Source of the DNA: the human T2T-CHM13v2.0 reference genome, Homo sapiens
Direction: 5' to 3' (one strand)
Assembly (NCBI RefSeq): GCF_009914755.1
Contig: NC_060947.1
DNA length: 64,000 nucleotides
A program made the translations under genes and the position numbers. The notes under the pieces were generated by a model. The model worked only from the letters and a program-made list of their open reading frames with translations, ran no database searches and was not told the DNA's origin. Positions 45,452 through 59,040 of the stretch are shown here, one piece after another. The first letter of the stretch is position 1, and every line of letters begins with the position of its first letter.

Positions 45452-45597
45452 TCAGCCTATTCTAAGCGTCATAAGTTTCCACCAGATAAACAGCAATGCC
45501 ACGAAGACTTCAAGGTTTAACACCCACGATTACCACAATTATTAGTGGCTGAAATAAAGAGATTAGCCTTTGCTTTTCCATCCAAAAAAAAAAAAAA
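45452..45597 (+). pseudogene. Short polyadenylated retro-insert (mRNA 3'-end retrocopy or orphan transduction)
   Basis: Non-L1 ~130 nt with AATAAA (45553-45558) 25 nt before A14 (45584-45597). TSD aaaaggttttt / aaaagattttt. Inserted at tt|aaaa, the L1 endonuclease consensus. Confidence 0.8.
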
Positions 45598-48500
45598 GAT
45601 TTTTGCCAAATATAATATTCTAGGATAAAAGATTTCTTTCCTCAACAACTTTAAATATATTAAGCCACTCTCCCCTGCCCTATAAAGTTTCCATTGAAAA
45701 GTCTGCAGCCAGATGTATATGGAGATCCATTGTATGTTACTCATTTCTATCTTTTGCTGACTTTAGGATCATGTTTTAATCCTTGACCTTTGGGAATTTC
45801 ATTATTAGATGCCTTGAGGTTGTCATTTTTGGGTTAAATCTGCTTAGTTTTCTGTAACCTTTTTACACTTGAATGCTGATATTTTTCTCTAGTTCTCTCT
45901 TATTATCTCTTTAAATAAACTTTATAGGTTTATCTCTTTCTCTACCTCCTCTTTAAGGCCAATAACTCTTAGATTTGTCCTTTAGAGGCTATTTTTACTA
46001 CCTTTGTAAGTGTGCTTAATTGTTTTTATTCTTTTTTCTTTTGTCTCCTCTAACTGTGTATTTTCAAATAGCCTGTCTTCAGGCTCACTAATTCTTTCTT
46101 CTGCTTGATTAATTCTGCTATTAAGAGACTCCAATGCATTCCTCAGAATGTCAGTTATATTTTTCAACTCTATAATTTCTGCTTCTTTTTAATTATTTCA
46201 ATTATTTGTTAAATTTATCTAATGTAATTCTGAATTCATTATCTGTGTTAACTTTAATTTCTTTGAGATTCCCTCAAAGCAGCTATTTTGATTTCTCTGT
46301 CTGAAAGGTTATATATCTGTTTCTTCGGGATTGGTCCCTGGTGCCTTATTTTGTTCATTTGGTGAGGTCATGTTTTCCTGGATGTTAATGATGCTTGTAG
46401 ATATTCATCAGTGTCTGGGCACTGAAGAGTTAGGTATTTATTGTAATCTTCACAGTTTGGGCTTGTTCATGCCTGTCCTTCTTGGGAAGATTTCCACGTA
46501 TTTAAAGGGACTTGGGACCCAAGACCAATAACACTATGGTTTTTGCAGACTCATAGAGGCACCAACTTGGTGGTCTTGGAAATGATTGGGATGAATTCTC
46601 TGAATTTCCAGGCAGAGACTTTTGTTTTTTTCCCATACTTTCTCCCAAATATATAGAGTGTCTCTTTGTTGAGCCACTTGGAGCTGGGGATGTGGTGATG
46701 CAAGCACACCTGTGGTACCACCACTGGGACTGCACTGGGTCAGACCTGAAACCAGCACATCCTTGGGCCCTGCCCAAGGACCTTCCCTTTAGGGCAGTGA
46801 GTTCTCCAAGGCCCTGAGTATTTCCAGAGATGCTGTCTGGGAGCCAGAGATTGGAGTCAAAAACCTTAGCAATTTACCTAGCGTTCTACTGTACTGTGGC
46901 TAACCTGGCACTAAAATCACAATACAAACCATCTCCCTAACTTCCCTCCCCTTTTCACAAGCAGAAGAGCTGCTCCCTGTGGCTACCACCACCACTGGTT
47001 CATGGGAAGTTCTGCCAGGCCACTGCTGATGTTCACTTAAAGCCCAAGGGCTCTTCTGTTAGTTTGTGGTGAATGCTGTCAGGCCTCGGACTCACCTTTC
47101 AGGACTGTTAAGCTCCCTTCTTTCCCAGGGCAGGTCCAGAAATGCTGTCCCACCACCTAGGCCTGGTGTCAGGAAACCCAAGAGTCATTTGGTTTTCCAG
47201 TGGGGTCGGAGAGCAAATGTTGTAGGCTTCTATTCCATTATCTTGCTCCTAAACCTGTGTTATTCATTTTTAGTATGAGAAAAGAACATAATGAATGGTC
47301 AAATATCATGAAGAATACTAAATGGTAATGATCTAACAAAGATACTTTTGCAGTAAGTAGAGGAGACATTTGATATCTTTATAATATAAAAATAAATAAA
47401 TATATTTAGAGTTTATATAAAGCTGTAAGAAACACTTTCAATTTAAAAAAAGAATAAAAACAAGAAAGTTACTGGAGCGAAATACAATAGCTAATAAAAA
47501 AGAACAAATATTTCATGTTGTTATTGATTAAAGACACATATATTAAAGAGAAAGAGAAATAAGATTTTATTTTTTTCTATTAAATTAGTAAAGAATTTGT
47601 AAAATGCGAATGCTAATGCTGATATTAGTGAGAAAGGCATTTTTATGCATTTTAGCAGGAATATAAGAGAATGAAAAAAGAAATTTGCTAATATATATCA
47701 AGTGTCTTAAATATATCCTAACAAGTGATCAAGTTATTTGACTTTCAAGAAGCTCCTTTATAAAAAACAAAAACAAACAAATAAACAAAAAACCCAGCTA
47801 GAAATGGACAGAGCAGTATTTATAGTAGTAATAAGTTGGAAATGTCTCAATGGAAACTCTTCAGATTCACAAAGCAGTTGTTCAGCCTTTTGCAAATTTT
47901 ACATTTTAGAAAAAATAAACAAAAGGACTCTGTTACAACTTTCATCCAAATTGCATTTTTAGTATGTGTATTACCAATTATTAAAAATGTTATAATTGCT
48001 AGTTATATAATGTCTGAGTGGTGAGCATTGAATTATTATATTTTTTAAAGAATTTAACTAGTTTTAATAAGTTTTATAGACTGTATTCAAGTATAATTTA
48101 AGAAAGTGCAAAAGAGATTGGTTAGCTTTCCAATAGTTTGTGATACCTTTTTGGAAATCAATATCAAAAAATTACGAAGGGTGGAGAAAGATTTATTCAA
48201 TATCTTCTTAATGTCAGCCTAAATGGCTAGCTGGATAGCTGGATTAATACTTTGTGGGCAGAATGAAGTAAATATAAATTCTATTCATTTTACGGGTTAT
48301 ATCAATACACTGATGTTTTATATGAATAAGACAATGCAATTTACTCTAAATTATTTTTCTGCAAAAATAAAATATTTTACATTTAGAAAAAAGCATAAAA
48401 CAAATACCCATACAGTTATTTGTATATATTAAGATAAACTTATAATGCATGTGATTCTTATTCTACAATCTTTTCTGGACAATGTCCTTATAGTCCTCAT

Positions 48501-49520
48501 CCTACAGAATTGCCTATAAAATTCACTGTCAGTCAATATTGCCAATTGCCTAAAACCTTACTCTTCCCTGGCTGCTCCCATCACAGCTTTGTATCAAGTT
48601 TCCAGAAGGGTATTTAGGAATATCTCTCTGTTTATTCGACCACATGCTGAGATGACCACAGTCCAATTCAATATGGCCTCCTGGTGATTTGTAGTGTCAC
48701 TGTGTCTAGCACTGAGAATGCATGAAACTTGGTCGGCCTCCCCATTTACAGGAGGTAGTCATTTTCCTTCAAGAGAAGCAAGAGAGTGGGTAGCGATTCC
48801 CAGTAGTCAGACAATTTACCAGTCTCAATTTCCCTCCAGCATCCCCTTTTGCTACTTTCAAAATTATGGTCTTCTTTCTTCTAGTGTAACACTATCCTTT
48901 CAAGGAACATAGACTTCAGAAAAACAAAATTCAAGGAGATTGTTGTTTCCTGTCTATACAAACCTTCCTCATGGAAGCATCAGAAACTGGTTTGCTTTAC
49001 AGTAGAGAGGAAGTAAAATATAAAGAAAAAAGAAGAAAGCATGAACTAGTAACTCAACAGCCTTAGCTAGCATTATTTCTATGAATGCTTTTCTTTGAGT
49101 GTAATAGGATTATTTTCTGTATTATCAGCTTGAAGAAAAATAATTTTAAAATTCTTATACAATTAAAAAGCAATAAAAATTTGTTTCCAAAAAGATGAGT
49201 TTTTAGTTAATGTAGCAAATAAATAGTAGTACCTCTGGAAGTTTTCATTACATGCAATATTCAATGTGTTTCCTAGAAGGTGAAATGATGTCAAATGATA
49301 GCTCTAGCTATAAGGAAAACACATATAGTTAATTCCTTATTTCTGGAATCTTTTTTACCCCCCTTTATCTGGCTTGATCTCATGTTAGGAAATTAACAGT
49401 GAAGACTTCATGCACTAATTTTTGTGGCATTGTCTGTGACTGCCTCTTCAGTCCACTAATGAAGAAATCAATCTTATTTCCAATGGGGCCAGCTAATTTG
49501 TTCTGTCCCTGTTACTGCAG

Positions 49521-49721
49521 AGTATACCATTCACCCCAGCCAGCTATTCCACTTTCAGCATCATTGGTCATGGGAAGAACTGGATCAGATAACATGAAAC
49601 AGCAGAAGAGAAAACATTTTTCAAAGCATCATTTATTTCCCAGTAGGGAAACGTTAACATTATCATTCCAAGGACAGTGATCCCTTTTGTTAACTCCAAG
49701 TGTAGATTAAGTCAAACCAAG
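49521..49721 (+). other. Candidate 201-nt spliced exon, stops in all three frames
   Basis: Branch-like gctaat ~25 nt upstream, acceptor ttgttctgtccctgttactgcag| and consensus donor aag|gtgagt, in apparently unique sequence. Confidence 0.4.
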
Positions 49722-51951
49722 GTGAGTATCTCAATGTATTCTGCAAAAATCTTTCTGGATGTAAAAATATCCAATTCCACTTGGAAATTCTTTTGCATTT
49801 TTATGAAGACTCAGACACTGAAATTGACAGAAGCAATTCATACTTTGGAGACTGGGGTTACAGCAATTAACACACACAAAACTATGTGCTGCAAAGCTTT
49901 TGGTTCAACAAAATCAATGTTGAAATTCCTTTCCCATCTCCCCACAAATAAGAGAAATATAATTCCAGGTCCTCTACAGTCTCATAGATCAAGTTATGCA
50001 AAACGTCATTGAAAGTGCTGAATAAGAGTACTTCCTGGGTCATTTTCCCATCCTGAATCACACACAATTTTTATTCATAAGACCACGTGACTAAATGCAT
50101 CTGGTTATCATTTTGGGGGAGATGCAAAAGGTAGGCAAGGACCTCAGTATGAATCCTCAGACCAATATGATTGATGGAGAAGTACATTGTAACTAAATGT
50201 TATCCTAAAACACTTTCTTCTGTTTACCAATTACTATTGGAAAACCCCAAAATGTCTCCTGGGAAATATCCACACACTCTGGACTATTTCTTAGCGATAA
50301 TAATCACTGTATGTTTATAGCAGTCATTCTTTCTCAATTTTATGGTCCCAAAATTAATACTGTTAAGAGCATTCTTTATTTTTCTACTTAAACCTGACAC
50401 TTGTTAAGTTAGGTATTTAAGTGAAGTGAGTGGAAGCACTGCAAGCAAAACAAAAGAAAATTAAAAATATAAATAAAGAAAAACAAAAGCTTTATATGTG
50501 ATGCTAGTAGCAGCTTTTGTGCCTCTCCTTTAAGACAGAATGCCCCCTCTATTAACAATTTCCCAGATGCTTCATCAATTGAGTATATGCCTGTTCAGCT
50601 CCTATGTACTTAGCAAATTCATTAGTGTAACCTAAAACATCCTCCATGGAAAACTGTGACAGATTGGACAGGTAGCATGCAGTGTTGCTCTAATCGCTGG
50701 AATAAATGCACAAAATCTCTCCTGTGCTAAAATAAATACTCCAAGAAATACTTTTTTCTACTTAAATTACGAAAAGGGGAAACTAGACAATTCTTTGGCT
50801 AGCTTATAAACGATACAGTTAGTTTTAATATGAATAAAAGAATCTCCCTGACATTCAAGTACGATTACTCATTTTTGTCACTTAATCTAGGATGGAGAGT
50901 GGTAGGAAATTAGACTCTAAGTCTATTCTATTTTACTGTTGATGGTCAGATGTTTAGGGCAAACTATCTTTCAACACTCAAAACTTAGGTAAATGAACAA
51001 GTTAGTTATATGATTGCTGTAACAACACAAAGTGATGCTTTTCAATGAAATAAGATATAGATATAAGCAAGCTATTAGATTATCGCTTACATGTACATTC
51101 TCTAACTTGCATCTAAAAGTCTCTGGGTAGTATCTGCAGTTTTAACAAGTAATTAAATGAATAATGAAGCTTCAAATCCACAGTATAAGAATAGCACTCA
51201 TCAGGGTTAAGCAAGACAAGGGATAGCTCTGAGGCTGTGTGTTATTAAATGAAACTGGCTCTGTGTGATTAAAGTAGATGCATGAAGTCATATTACATGT
51301 TGTCATTATAAAATGACAGCAGTGATGATAAATTTAGGTTTACGAAAAAGAAAATTGCATCTGTATAACTGCAATTCTATTATGATTTATTTTGAAATTG
51401 CCTGCTTTTATATAGCACAGAAAGTTAAAGCATCTCTATCTTGCCCCTTTAAAAGTCTCCCAACTCTCATCACATCTCTATGAACACTGCACTGTTAAAA
51501 AGGTCTCCTGAAAATTTCTCAAGTTCTTTCAATATTACAGCATCTGCCAAGAAACATAAAGTTCCATCTAAAAGGAAACAATGGTTCATGACATTTCTTA
51601 TTCATGATACAGTTCATGTACTTACAAGGGACAGAATATAGATGCTGGTGTTGAACTTTGTCTCTTTCAATTAGCCTTTGAGATTTGAGGGTTTAAAATC
51701 AAATAAATGCTTTGTTATATATATTTCACTCATCAAAGAAAATACCTAAAAGGGAATCAACCTTATAATATTTCCTTCCAAATAAGCTTCTCTATTTCTA
51801 TTTCTATACAGTATAGAGCTACAATTTTCTCAATTATACCAGCTCAAAAACTCAAAGTCATTTTTCAGTTTTCATATTGGTTATGCATGGGGCTAGGATC
51901 TGGGAATATGAAGTAAAAAATTCTTTCCCACACAAAAACATAGAACACACT

Positions 51952-52473
51952 TTGGCAGCCAGCCACCAAGATGTAGCCCAATGATCCTCTTCTCCTGGTA
52001 TTCATACACTTGTATATTCCCCTCCCACTTTGAATTATGGCTGACCTATTTGACCAATAGGGTACCAGAAAGGTGACAGTGTGAGTCTTCCAAAGCTACG
52101 TTTTAGAGGACAATGCAGCTTCTGCCTTCAGATTTTCAATTACTCACCCTGGGAGAAAGCAGTCACTGTGGTGTGAGGACATATAAGCAAGCTTATGGAG
52201 AAGCCTATGTGATGGGAGCCTCCTGCCAATAGCCAGCACCAACTTGTAGGCACATGAATAAGTTACCCTGAAGGTGAATAGTCCAGCCCCAGTCAAGCCT
52301 TCAGGTAATTACATCCTTGCCCAGCATCTGCCTACAATTTCATGAGATTCTTCATGCCAGAACCCTACCTTCCAGCCAAATGATTCCAAAATTTCTGATC
52401 CTCAGGAACTCTAAGAGATAATACGTTTTTATTGTTGTTTTAAGCTGCCAAGCTTTTGAAGTAATTTGTTACA
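51952..52473 (+). mobile_element. MaLR LTR (MLT1F/G/H-like)
   Basis: Starts ...caagatgtagcccaatgatcctcttctcctggtattca and ends ...ttgttgttttaagctgccaagcttttgaagtaatttgttacac. Confidence 0.75.
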
Positions 52474-55039
52474 CACACTCATTATCACCATATAATAAGG
52501 TTCCAAATATTAGAAATTCTACCTTCAAATCTCACATGATGCCCTTCTTTCCATTCCCATGATTAAAACCATGACTCAGAACCTCATAAGCAGCTGGGTT
52601 TAGCCTTTCATTTCTCCACAACACTGTAGAGTTAATGTGCTGAAGTTACAGCTCTGACCATTTCATTCCCTTGATCAAAAGTTCTAAATAGTTGTCAACT
52701 AATTTCCAAGATTGGTTTCCAGTTGTTTATTCTTCCATTTAAAGGCCTTTTACTATACACCATCTTTATCCACTGCTTAGCCTCCATATTATGATGTGTA
52801 TGCCCAATGCTGGAGCCAAATTGTGAGTGTCAGTCCTGCCTGTAGGTATTTTCTTATGCTCTTCCCTCCACCTGAAGGCCCTCCTTATACATTTTTGAGT
52901 ATCAAAGCACAGATCAAATGTTTCTACTTTCATGGAGCCATCCTGTGTGTCCCTGCTGTCTGCAAGGGTTTTCTTACAAGGATGAGGTAGGAGAGCTGCA
53001 CTTTCCTTGACCTCCCTTGCTCCTATTTCTTGTTTCTGCAGCAATTTCAACTGCTTGCTCCAAGTGCTGTTTTCTTTTTACTCTACTTTATTCCATGCTG
53101 GACTTCATCTATTTCATTTTATTATCTCAGACTAATGATAAAAAACTGCTGTTTATAGCAGACTTTTACTAAAAGTTTAAGGTAATGGAGGAGGATTATA
53201 GAGCAGTAAGAATCACTGTTAACACTGGATAGAGCTTTTGTAAAATTATTAGCAGAACTCTAAGAACATTTATGTTTTCCTTTCCATGACCATAAGTTCA
53301 CGTTTTCTTACTAAGACTCAGTTTGGCAGCTTTTTCTTTTACTTTCTCAAACCCCTCATATTTCCATTATACCCTACCTCCTCTCTCTTTGGCTATTATT
53401 TCCTAAGAAGACTTATTGTTTTCCCAGCAAGGCAAATTGCTCAACCAAGATGATTTGAAAATAAAGAAACAATATCTTTGAGACAATTTTTGCCACACTT
53501 TAGACATAATGAACCATAGTAGTTATTTATTCTCAGATAATCATTTTTTGTATCACATGAAGTTTTTTCTTTCTTATCTTTTCCTGAAATTTGGTATGCC
53601 CAAGTAAAAAATAGTACCTTTCCAAGTTTAATTTAGTCTTTCTCTAAACGTTTCTAAATAAACATTTATTTGCTGTCATTTGTCTATGAAATGCTATCCT
53701 GAGTCTCAGTATATAATGAAATAAAACCTTGAACATGGATTCCTAACTAGGTCTACTGTAATGTAGGTATTTCTTTTTACTACAAGCCCATCAAATCCTC
53801 TATTGCCTGCCTGAAACTACAATTCTTAAATATCCGCTGTCAACCACTTTCCCATTGAAACTCCCTCCTCCTGTACTGAATCAAAACTCACAACAATCAC
53901 TTCTCTTTTCTATTTGTGTAGATTATCTGTTCCTTGATCACATATGAAACCTTGGCTCATGATAGAAAATATTTTATTAACTCTTTTGACAGCTTGCAAC
54001 GTATTCTTTTTTGCTTCTAGTAGATCTTCCTTTAAGCAGCACTTGAATAATTATTTTCTGACTGCTTAACTCAAATTATGTCATTTCCCTTCTCAGAAAG
54101 AGTTCAATTATTCTATTACCAACTAAGACATTAAATCCAAATTCATGTTGGTGGTCATTTAAGGTCCCTTAGTTACACTTCTATAATTCTCTTTCCAGCC
54201 CCCTGTACTTGAGCCTTATTTCTTCTCAGTATTGTTTCCAGCTGGAATGTTTTTAAGATTCTGCTGAGCCTGTAGCAAACTGTCCCATCTCTGTTCATCT
54301 CACCTCAGTCTTGTTTGGAGAGGAGAGCGGTTTCATATCCTTTAAGGATAGAATTACTATTTCAGCTTAAATCAACATTCCCATAAAGTAGCATTTCTCC
54401 AATATTACAAAGATTTACACAAGCAATGTATACTGTATTAGCTGAATATAGATGCAGAAAAATGTTTAATAAAATGTAGGTGCAATTTGCTAATTATGAT
54501 GAAATAGAGAACAGAATAACAAACTATAAAAGTATCATTACGTACACTCATCAATAGATAAATTTCATCAATGGAGTTTAATGTTCAATATTCCTGTTTT
54601 TCAGAGGGTAAGGTAAACCACTACAGTGAGGGCAATTCATTATTTAACATGGTATTAGTAAAGTAAGGAGGAACCTTTGTGCTTCATGGAAATATCTAGG
54701 AGAACTTTGAGTCTAGAAAAATAGTGCTAGATAAAGCTTTGGGGAAAAGATATTTCAGTTTTACAAAATATAATATATGAAAAGAAAGATTTGACCCATA
54801 GCCACCTTGATCCCAGTTTTCCCATTTCAAAGGCCATTCAAATTGAAGTTATCACACAAATGGAGCTTCTTTGCCTTAGGATACTAATTACATAACATAT
54901 AGTTGCCTGGTATCTGAAATTGGGAAATTCATATAATAATTATAATTTTGGTTAGATACACCTATTTCATGTATTTGTCTCTAAAAGTCCCAAAAAATGT
55001 AACGTATTCAGATTTTATAAAACAAAAGCAACATGCAAA

Positions 55040-55590
55040 AAAAAATTCAAAAAATAAGTAAACTATAAAACATTGGTGGAAGAAATTAAAGAATGCATAA
55101 ATAAATGGAAGGACATATGTTCATGGATTAGAATGCTTAATATTTTTAAGAGCGCAATACTGCTCAAATAATCTACAGATGCAATATCTATGAAAAATCT
55201 TGTCAATATTTTAACTGCTTTTATTTCAGAAATAGAAAAGCTGATTATAAAATTGAAATGTAATTGCAGGGACCACAAATAGCCAAATAGAAAAATAAAT
55301 CTTGAAAATGAAGAACAAAGTTGAAACTCTTACACTTCCTGCCCTCAAAACTCACTACAAACTATAATAATCAAAGAAGAATAGTATCACTATAAGGATA
55401 GACATACAGATCAATGGGATAGAATTGAGAGTCTGAAAGGAACTCCATACATCTATTATCAATTGATATTCATCAAGGGTGCCAAGATGATTTAATAGAG
55501 AATGAAAAGACCTGTGTCTTCAGCAATTGGCACTGAAGAAAGTGGATATTCATATATAAAATAATGAAGGAGAACCCATACTTCACACCA
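55040..55590 (+). mobile_element. Old L1M ORF2 fragment
   Basis: Decayed ORF2-like sequence: aactataaaacattggtggaagaaattaaag...aaatggaaggacatatgttcatggattagaa...gatcaatgggatagaattgagagt. Confidence 0.75.
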
Positions 55591-55740
55591 GGTAGTTACA
55601 GAAGTAACTTCTTTGTAGTAAAATAAAGATTTACCATTTTAAACATTTTAAAGTGTATAATTCAGTAACGTTTAGTACATTCACAATGTTTTGTCCCTTG
55701 TTCCAGAATGTTTTTACCACTCCAAAGAAACTGCACCTGC

Positions 55741-56183
55741 TGTCTTAGTCCATTTTGTGTTACTATAAATGAATACCCGAGGCTAAGTAATTTAGAAAGA
55801 AATCTATAAGCTCATGGTTCTGCACACTGTACAAGAAGCATGGTGCCGGCATCTGCTCAGCTTTTGGCAAAGTCTTTTGTGCTACATCGAAACAACAAAG
55901 TCAAAGGTGAAGTGGGCATGTGAGAAGAGGGACCAAACCCGAGAAATACTCTGGCTTTATAAGAACCCACTCTCATTCTGACAGAAACTGATACATTCCT
56001 CTGATAAACAATCAAGTCTTCTGAGAGACCTCACTCACTACCAATAGAATTGCACCAAGCCATTCATAAGAGATCTTCATCCATGACACTAATATCTCCC
56101 ACAAGGCCCCAACTCCCAACACCACCACACTGAAGATAAATTTCAACATGAGATTTAGTGGTGACAAACAAACCCACTAAGCA
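55741..56183 (-). mobile_element. MaLR LTR (MSTB-like)
   Basis: tgtcttagtccattttgtgttactataa...aagcatggtgccggcatctgctcagc...aaatttcaacatgagattt. Confidence 0.85.
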
Positions 56184-56419
56184 TTCATTCTGCATTATCC
56201 TCTCCCCCCCAGCTTCTGGCAACCACCAATATGCTTTCTGTCTCTATGGATCTTCTCGTTATGAATATTTTATATAAATTTGAATACCTAATGTGTTACC
56301 TTTTATGTTTGGATTTTTTCACATAACAAAATGCTTTAAGTTCCAAACATGCTGCCACATGTATTAGTACTTCATTCCTTTTTATAGCTGAATAATATTT
56401 GATTATGCATCTACCATAA

Positions 56420-57813
56420 TTTTTTTTCCTTCAACTTTTACTTTAAGTTCAGGGGTACATGTGCATGATGTGTAGGTTTGTTACATAGGTAAGCTTGTGC
56501 CACGATGGTTTGCTGCACAAATCATCCCATCACCTAGGTATTAAGCCCAGCATCCATTAGCTATTCTTCCTGATATTCTCCGTCCTCCACTCACCCTGTG
56601 ACAGGTTCCAGTGTGTGTTGTCCCCCAGTTGTATCCATGTGTACTCATCATTCGGCTCCTACTTATAAGTGAGAACATGCAGTGTTTGGTTTTCTATTCC
56701 TGCATTAGTTTGCAGAGGACACTGGCTTTCAACTCCATCCATGTCCCTCCAGAGGACATGATCTCATTCCTTTTTATGGCTGTATAGTATTCCATGGTGT
56801 ATATGTACCACATTTTCTTTATCCGGTCTGTCATTGATGGACATTTACGTTGATTCCATGTCTTTGCTATTGTGAATAGTACTACAATGAACATACATGT
56901 TCATGTATCTTTATAATACAATGATTTATATTCCTTTGAGTATATACCCAGTAATGGGATTGCTGGATTAAATTGTATTCCTGCCTCTAGGTCTTTGAGG
57001 AATTGCCACACTGTCTTCCACAATGGTTGAACAAATTTACACTCTCACCAACAGTGTAAAAGTGTTCCTATTTCTCCACAACCTTGCCAGCATCTGTTGT
57101 TTTTTGATTTTTTAATAATAACCATTCTGACTGGTATGAGATGGTATCTCATTGTGGTTTTGATTTGCATTTCTCTAATGATCAGTGTTGTTGAACTTTT
57201 TTTCATATGTTTGTTGACTGCATGTATGTCTCGTTGTGAGAAGTGTCTGTTCTACAAGGCTACAGCAACCAAAACAGCAGGGTACTGGTACAAGAACAGA
57301 CACATTGAACTATCCAACAGAATAGAGAACCCAGAAATAAGACTGCACACCTACAACCATTTGATCTTTGACAAACCTGACAAAAACAAGCAATGGGGAA
57401 AAGATTACTTATTTAATCAATGATGCTGGGATAACTGGCTAGCCATATGCAGAAAATTGAAACTGTAACCCCTCCTTACACCACATACGAAAATCAACTC
57501 AAGAGGGATTAAAGACTTAAATGTCAAACCCAAAACTATAAAAACCCTAGAAGAAAATCTAGGCAATGCCATTCAGGACATAGGCAAGGAAAAAGATTTC
57601 ATAATGAAAATGCCACAAGCAATTTCAGCAAAAGCAGAAACTGACAAACTAAACTAAAAAGCTTCCACACAGCAAAAGAAGCTATTGTTAGAGTGAACAG
57701 ACAACCTACAGAATGGGATAAAATTTTTGCAATCTATCCATCTGACAATGGTCTAATATCCAGAGACTACAAGGAATTTAAAGAAATTTAATGAAAAAAA
57801 CCCATTAAAAAGT
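56420..57813 (-). mobile_element. L1PA (about PA10-13) 3' fragment with a twin-priming inversion
   Basis: 56420-57252 is antisense 3' UTR/ORF2 end and 57252-57813 is ORF2 in the opposite orientation. The chimeric ORF 57097-57423 spans the junction. Degenerate TSD ctaccataatttttt / ccactgtaatttttt. Confidence 0.9.
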
Positions 57814-58504
57814 AACCCACTGTAATTTTTTTATTCCTTCATCCATTAGTGAACATTTAGTTATTTCCACATTTTGGCTATTGTGAAGAGTGCTGCTATA
57901 AACATTTATGCGCAAGTCTTTGAACACCTGTTTTCAATTTTTTTAGTATATACCTAGGAGGGGAATTGCTAGGTCTTATAGTAATTCTACCTTTAACTTA
58001 TTGAAGAAACTGCAACTTATTTTACACAGTGGCCAAATCATGTTATGTTCCTACAAACAATGTATGAGTGTTATAATTTATCCACATTCATGTCAATATT
58101 TGTTATTATTATTTTTAAAATTATTATAGCCATCGTAGTGGAAAGAAAATAATCTCTCATTTTTCATTCACATTTTCTTAAATGACTAATGATGTTGGCA
58201 ATCTTTTTATGTGCTTATTGACAATTTGTATATTTTTTGGAGAAATATATGTTCAATCCTTTGCTCATTTTATAATTGGGTTATTTGGGGTTTTTTTTGA
58301 GTTGTAGGAGTTTTTTATATATTCTGTGCTTGATCCTTATCAGATATATGACTTATAAATATTTTTCCCATTCTTTGAGTTGTCTTTTCACTTTCTTGAT
58401 AGTGATCTTTGATGCACAATATTTTAAAAGGCACATTGCAGTAATAGTTATGTAGCATAATCGAAAACATGCATGCATGTGTGTAAGTTTAGAATACTTC
58501 TATA

Positions 58505-58915
58505 ATTTTAGTTATAATAATACTAGCTCTTGTAACAGATAAGTCCCCATATCTCAGTGGCTTAAGGAAATTGAAGTTAATTTGTTGCTTATGTAGCATT
58601 TAAAATGTGTCTTTCTTTTCTAAGTGAGTTTCAAACTTCTAAGTTGTGATTTGGGCTCCTTCAAAATGGGGCTCTGCCATCTTCAACATCCTGATCTGTA
58701 TTAAACTTGACAGGGAAGAACACAGAGGCATGCACATGGCAGGTTTTTATGGGCCTGGCCTAAAAGTGTAGCACAACACTTAGGGTCACATTTCATTGGT
58801 CAAAATGAAGTCCTATGGCCATACCTAACTGTAAGGGAGATAGAAATACAGTCTAGCTTTTTGTCCAGGAATAATAAATAATATGTTTATTGAATCGCTA
58901 GGTAATCTCTTTCAC
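58505..58915 (-). mobile_element. MaLR LTR (MLT1J/K-like)
   Basis: tctcagtggcttaa...cacatttcattggtcaaaa...catacctaactgtaagggagatagaaatacagtctagc. Confidence 0.65.
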
Positions 58916-59040
58916 AAATATTTAAGAATATAGTAACTGAACTTACCTCTAGTAAGTGAGGCAGGGGACAGCAGAGAGAAATTCTTAATTTTTACCCTAT
59001 AACTTTCTGTACTCTTTGAATTATTTTCAATAGTCATGAC

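Larger units (their letters stand above)
41525..47185 (-). mobile_element. ~5.6-kb old L1 (L1M/L1MA-type): part of 5' UTR, ORF1 and ORF2, 3' end missing
   Basis: Minus-strand ORF pieces match ORF2 ([45 protein letters not shown]) and ORF1 (SRINQAEERISEPEDR). No 3' UTR or tail at 41525. Confidence 0.9.
55610..58430 (-). mobile_element. L1MB-type 3' region hosting MST and L1PA insertions
   Basis: Antisense old-L1 3' UTR (tttaccattttaaacattttaaagtgtataattcagt; gcttctggcaaccaccaatatgctttctgtctctatgga) resumes after each nested insert. Confidence 0.75.

Noticed and set aside
57097-57423. 108-aa ORF as a novel fusion protein
   Set aside because: Artefact of the inversion junction joining antisense and sense ORF2.
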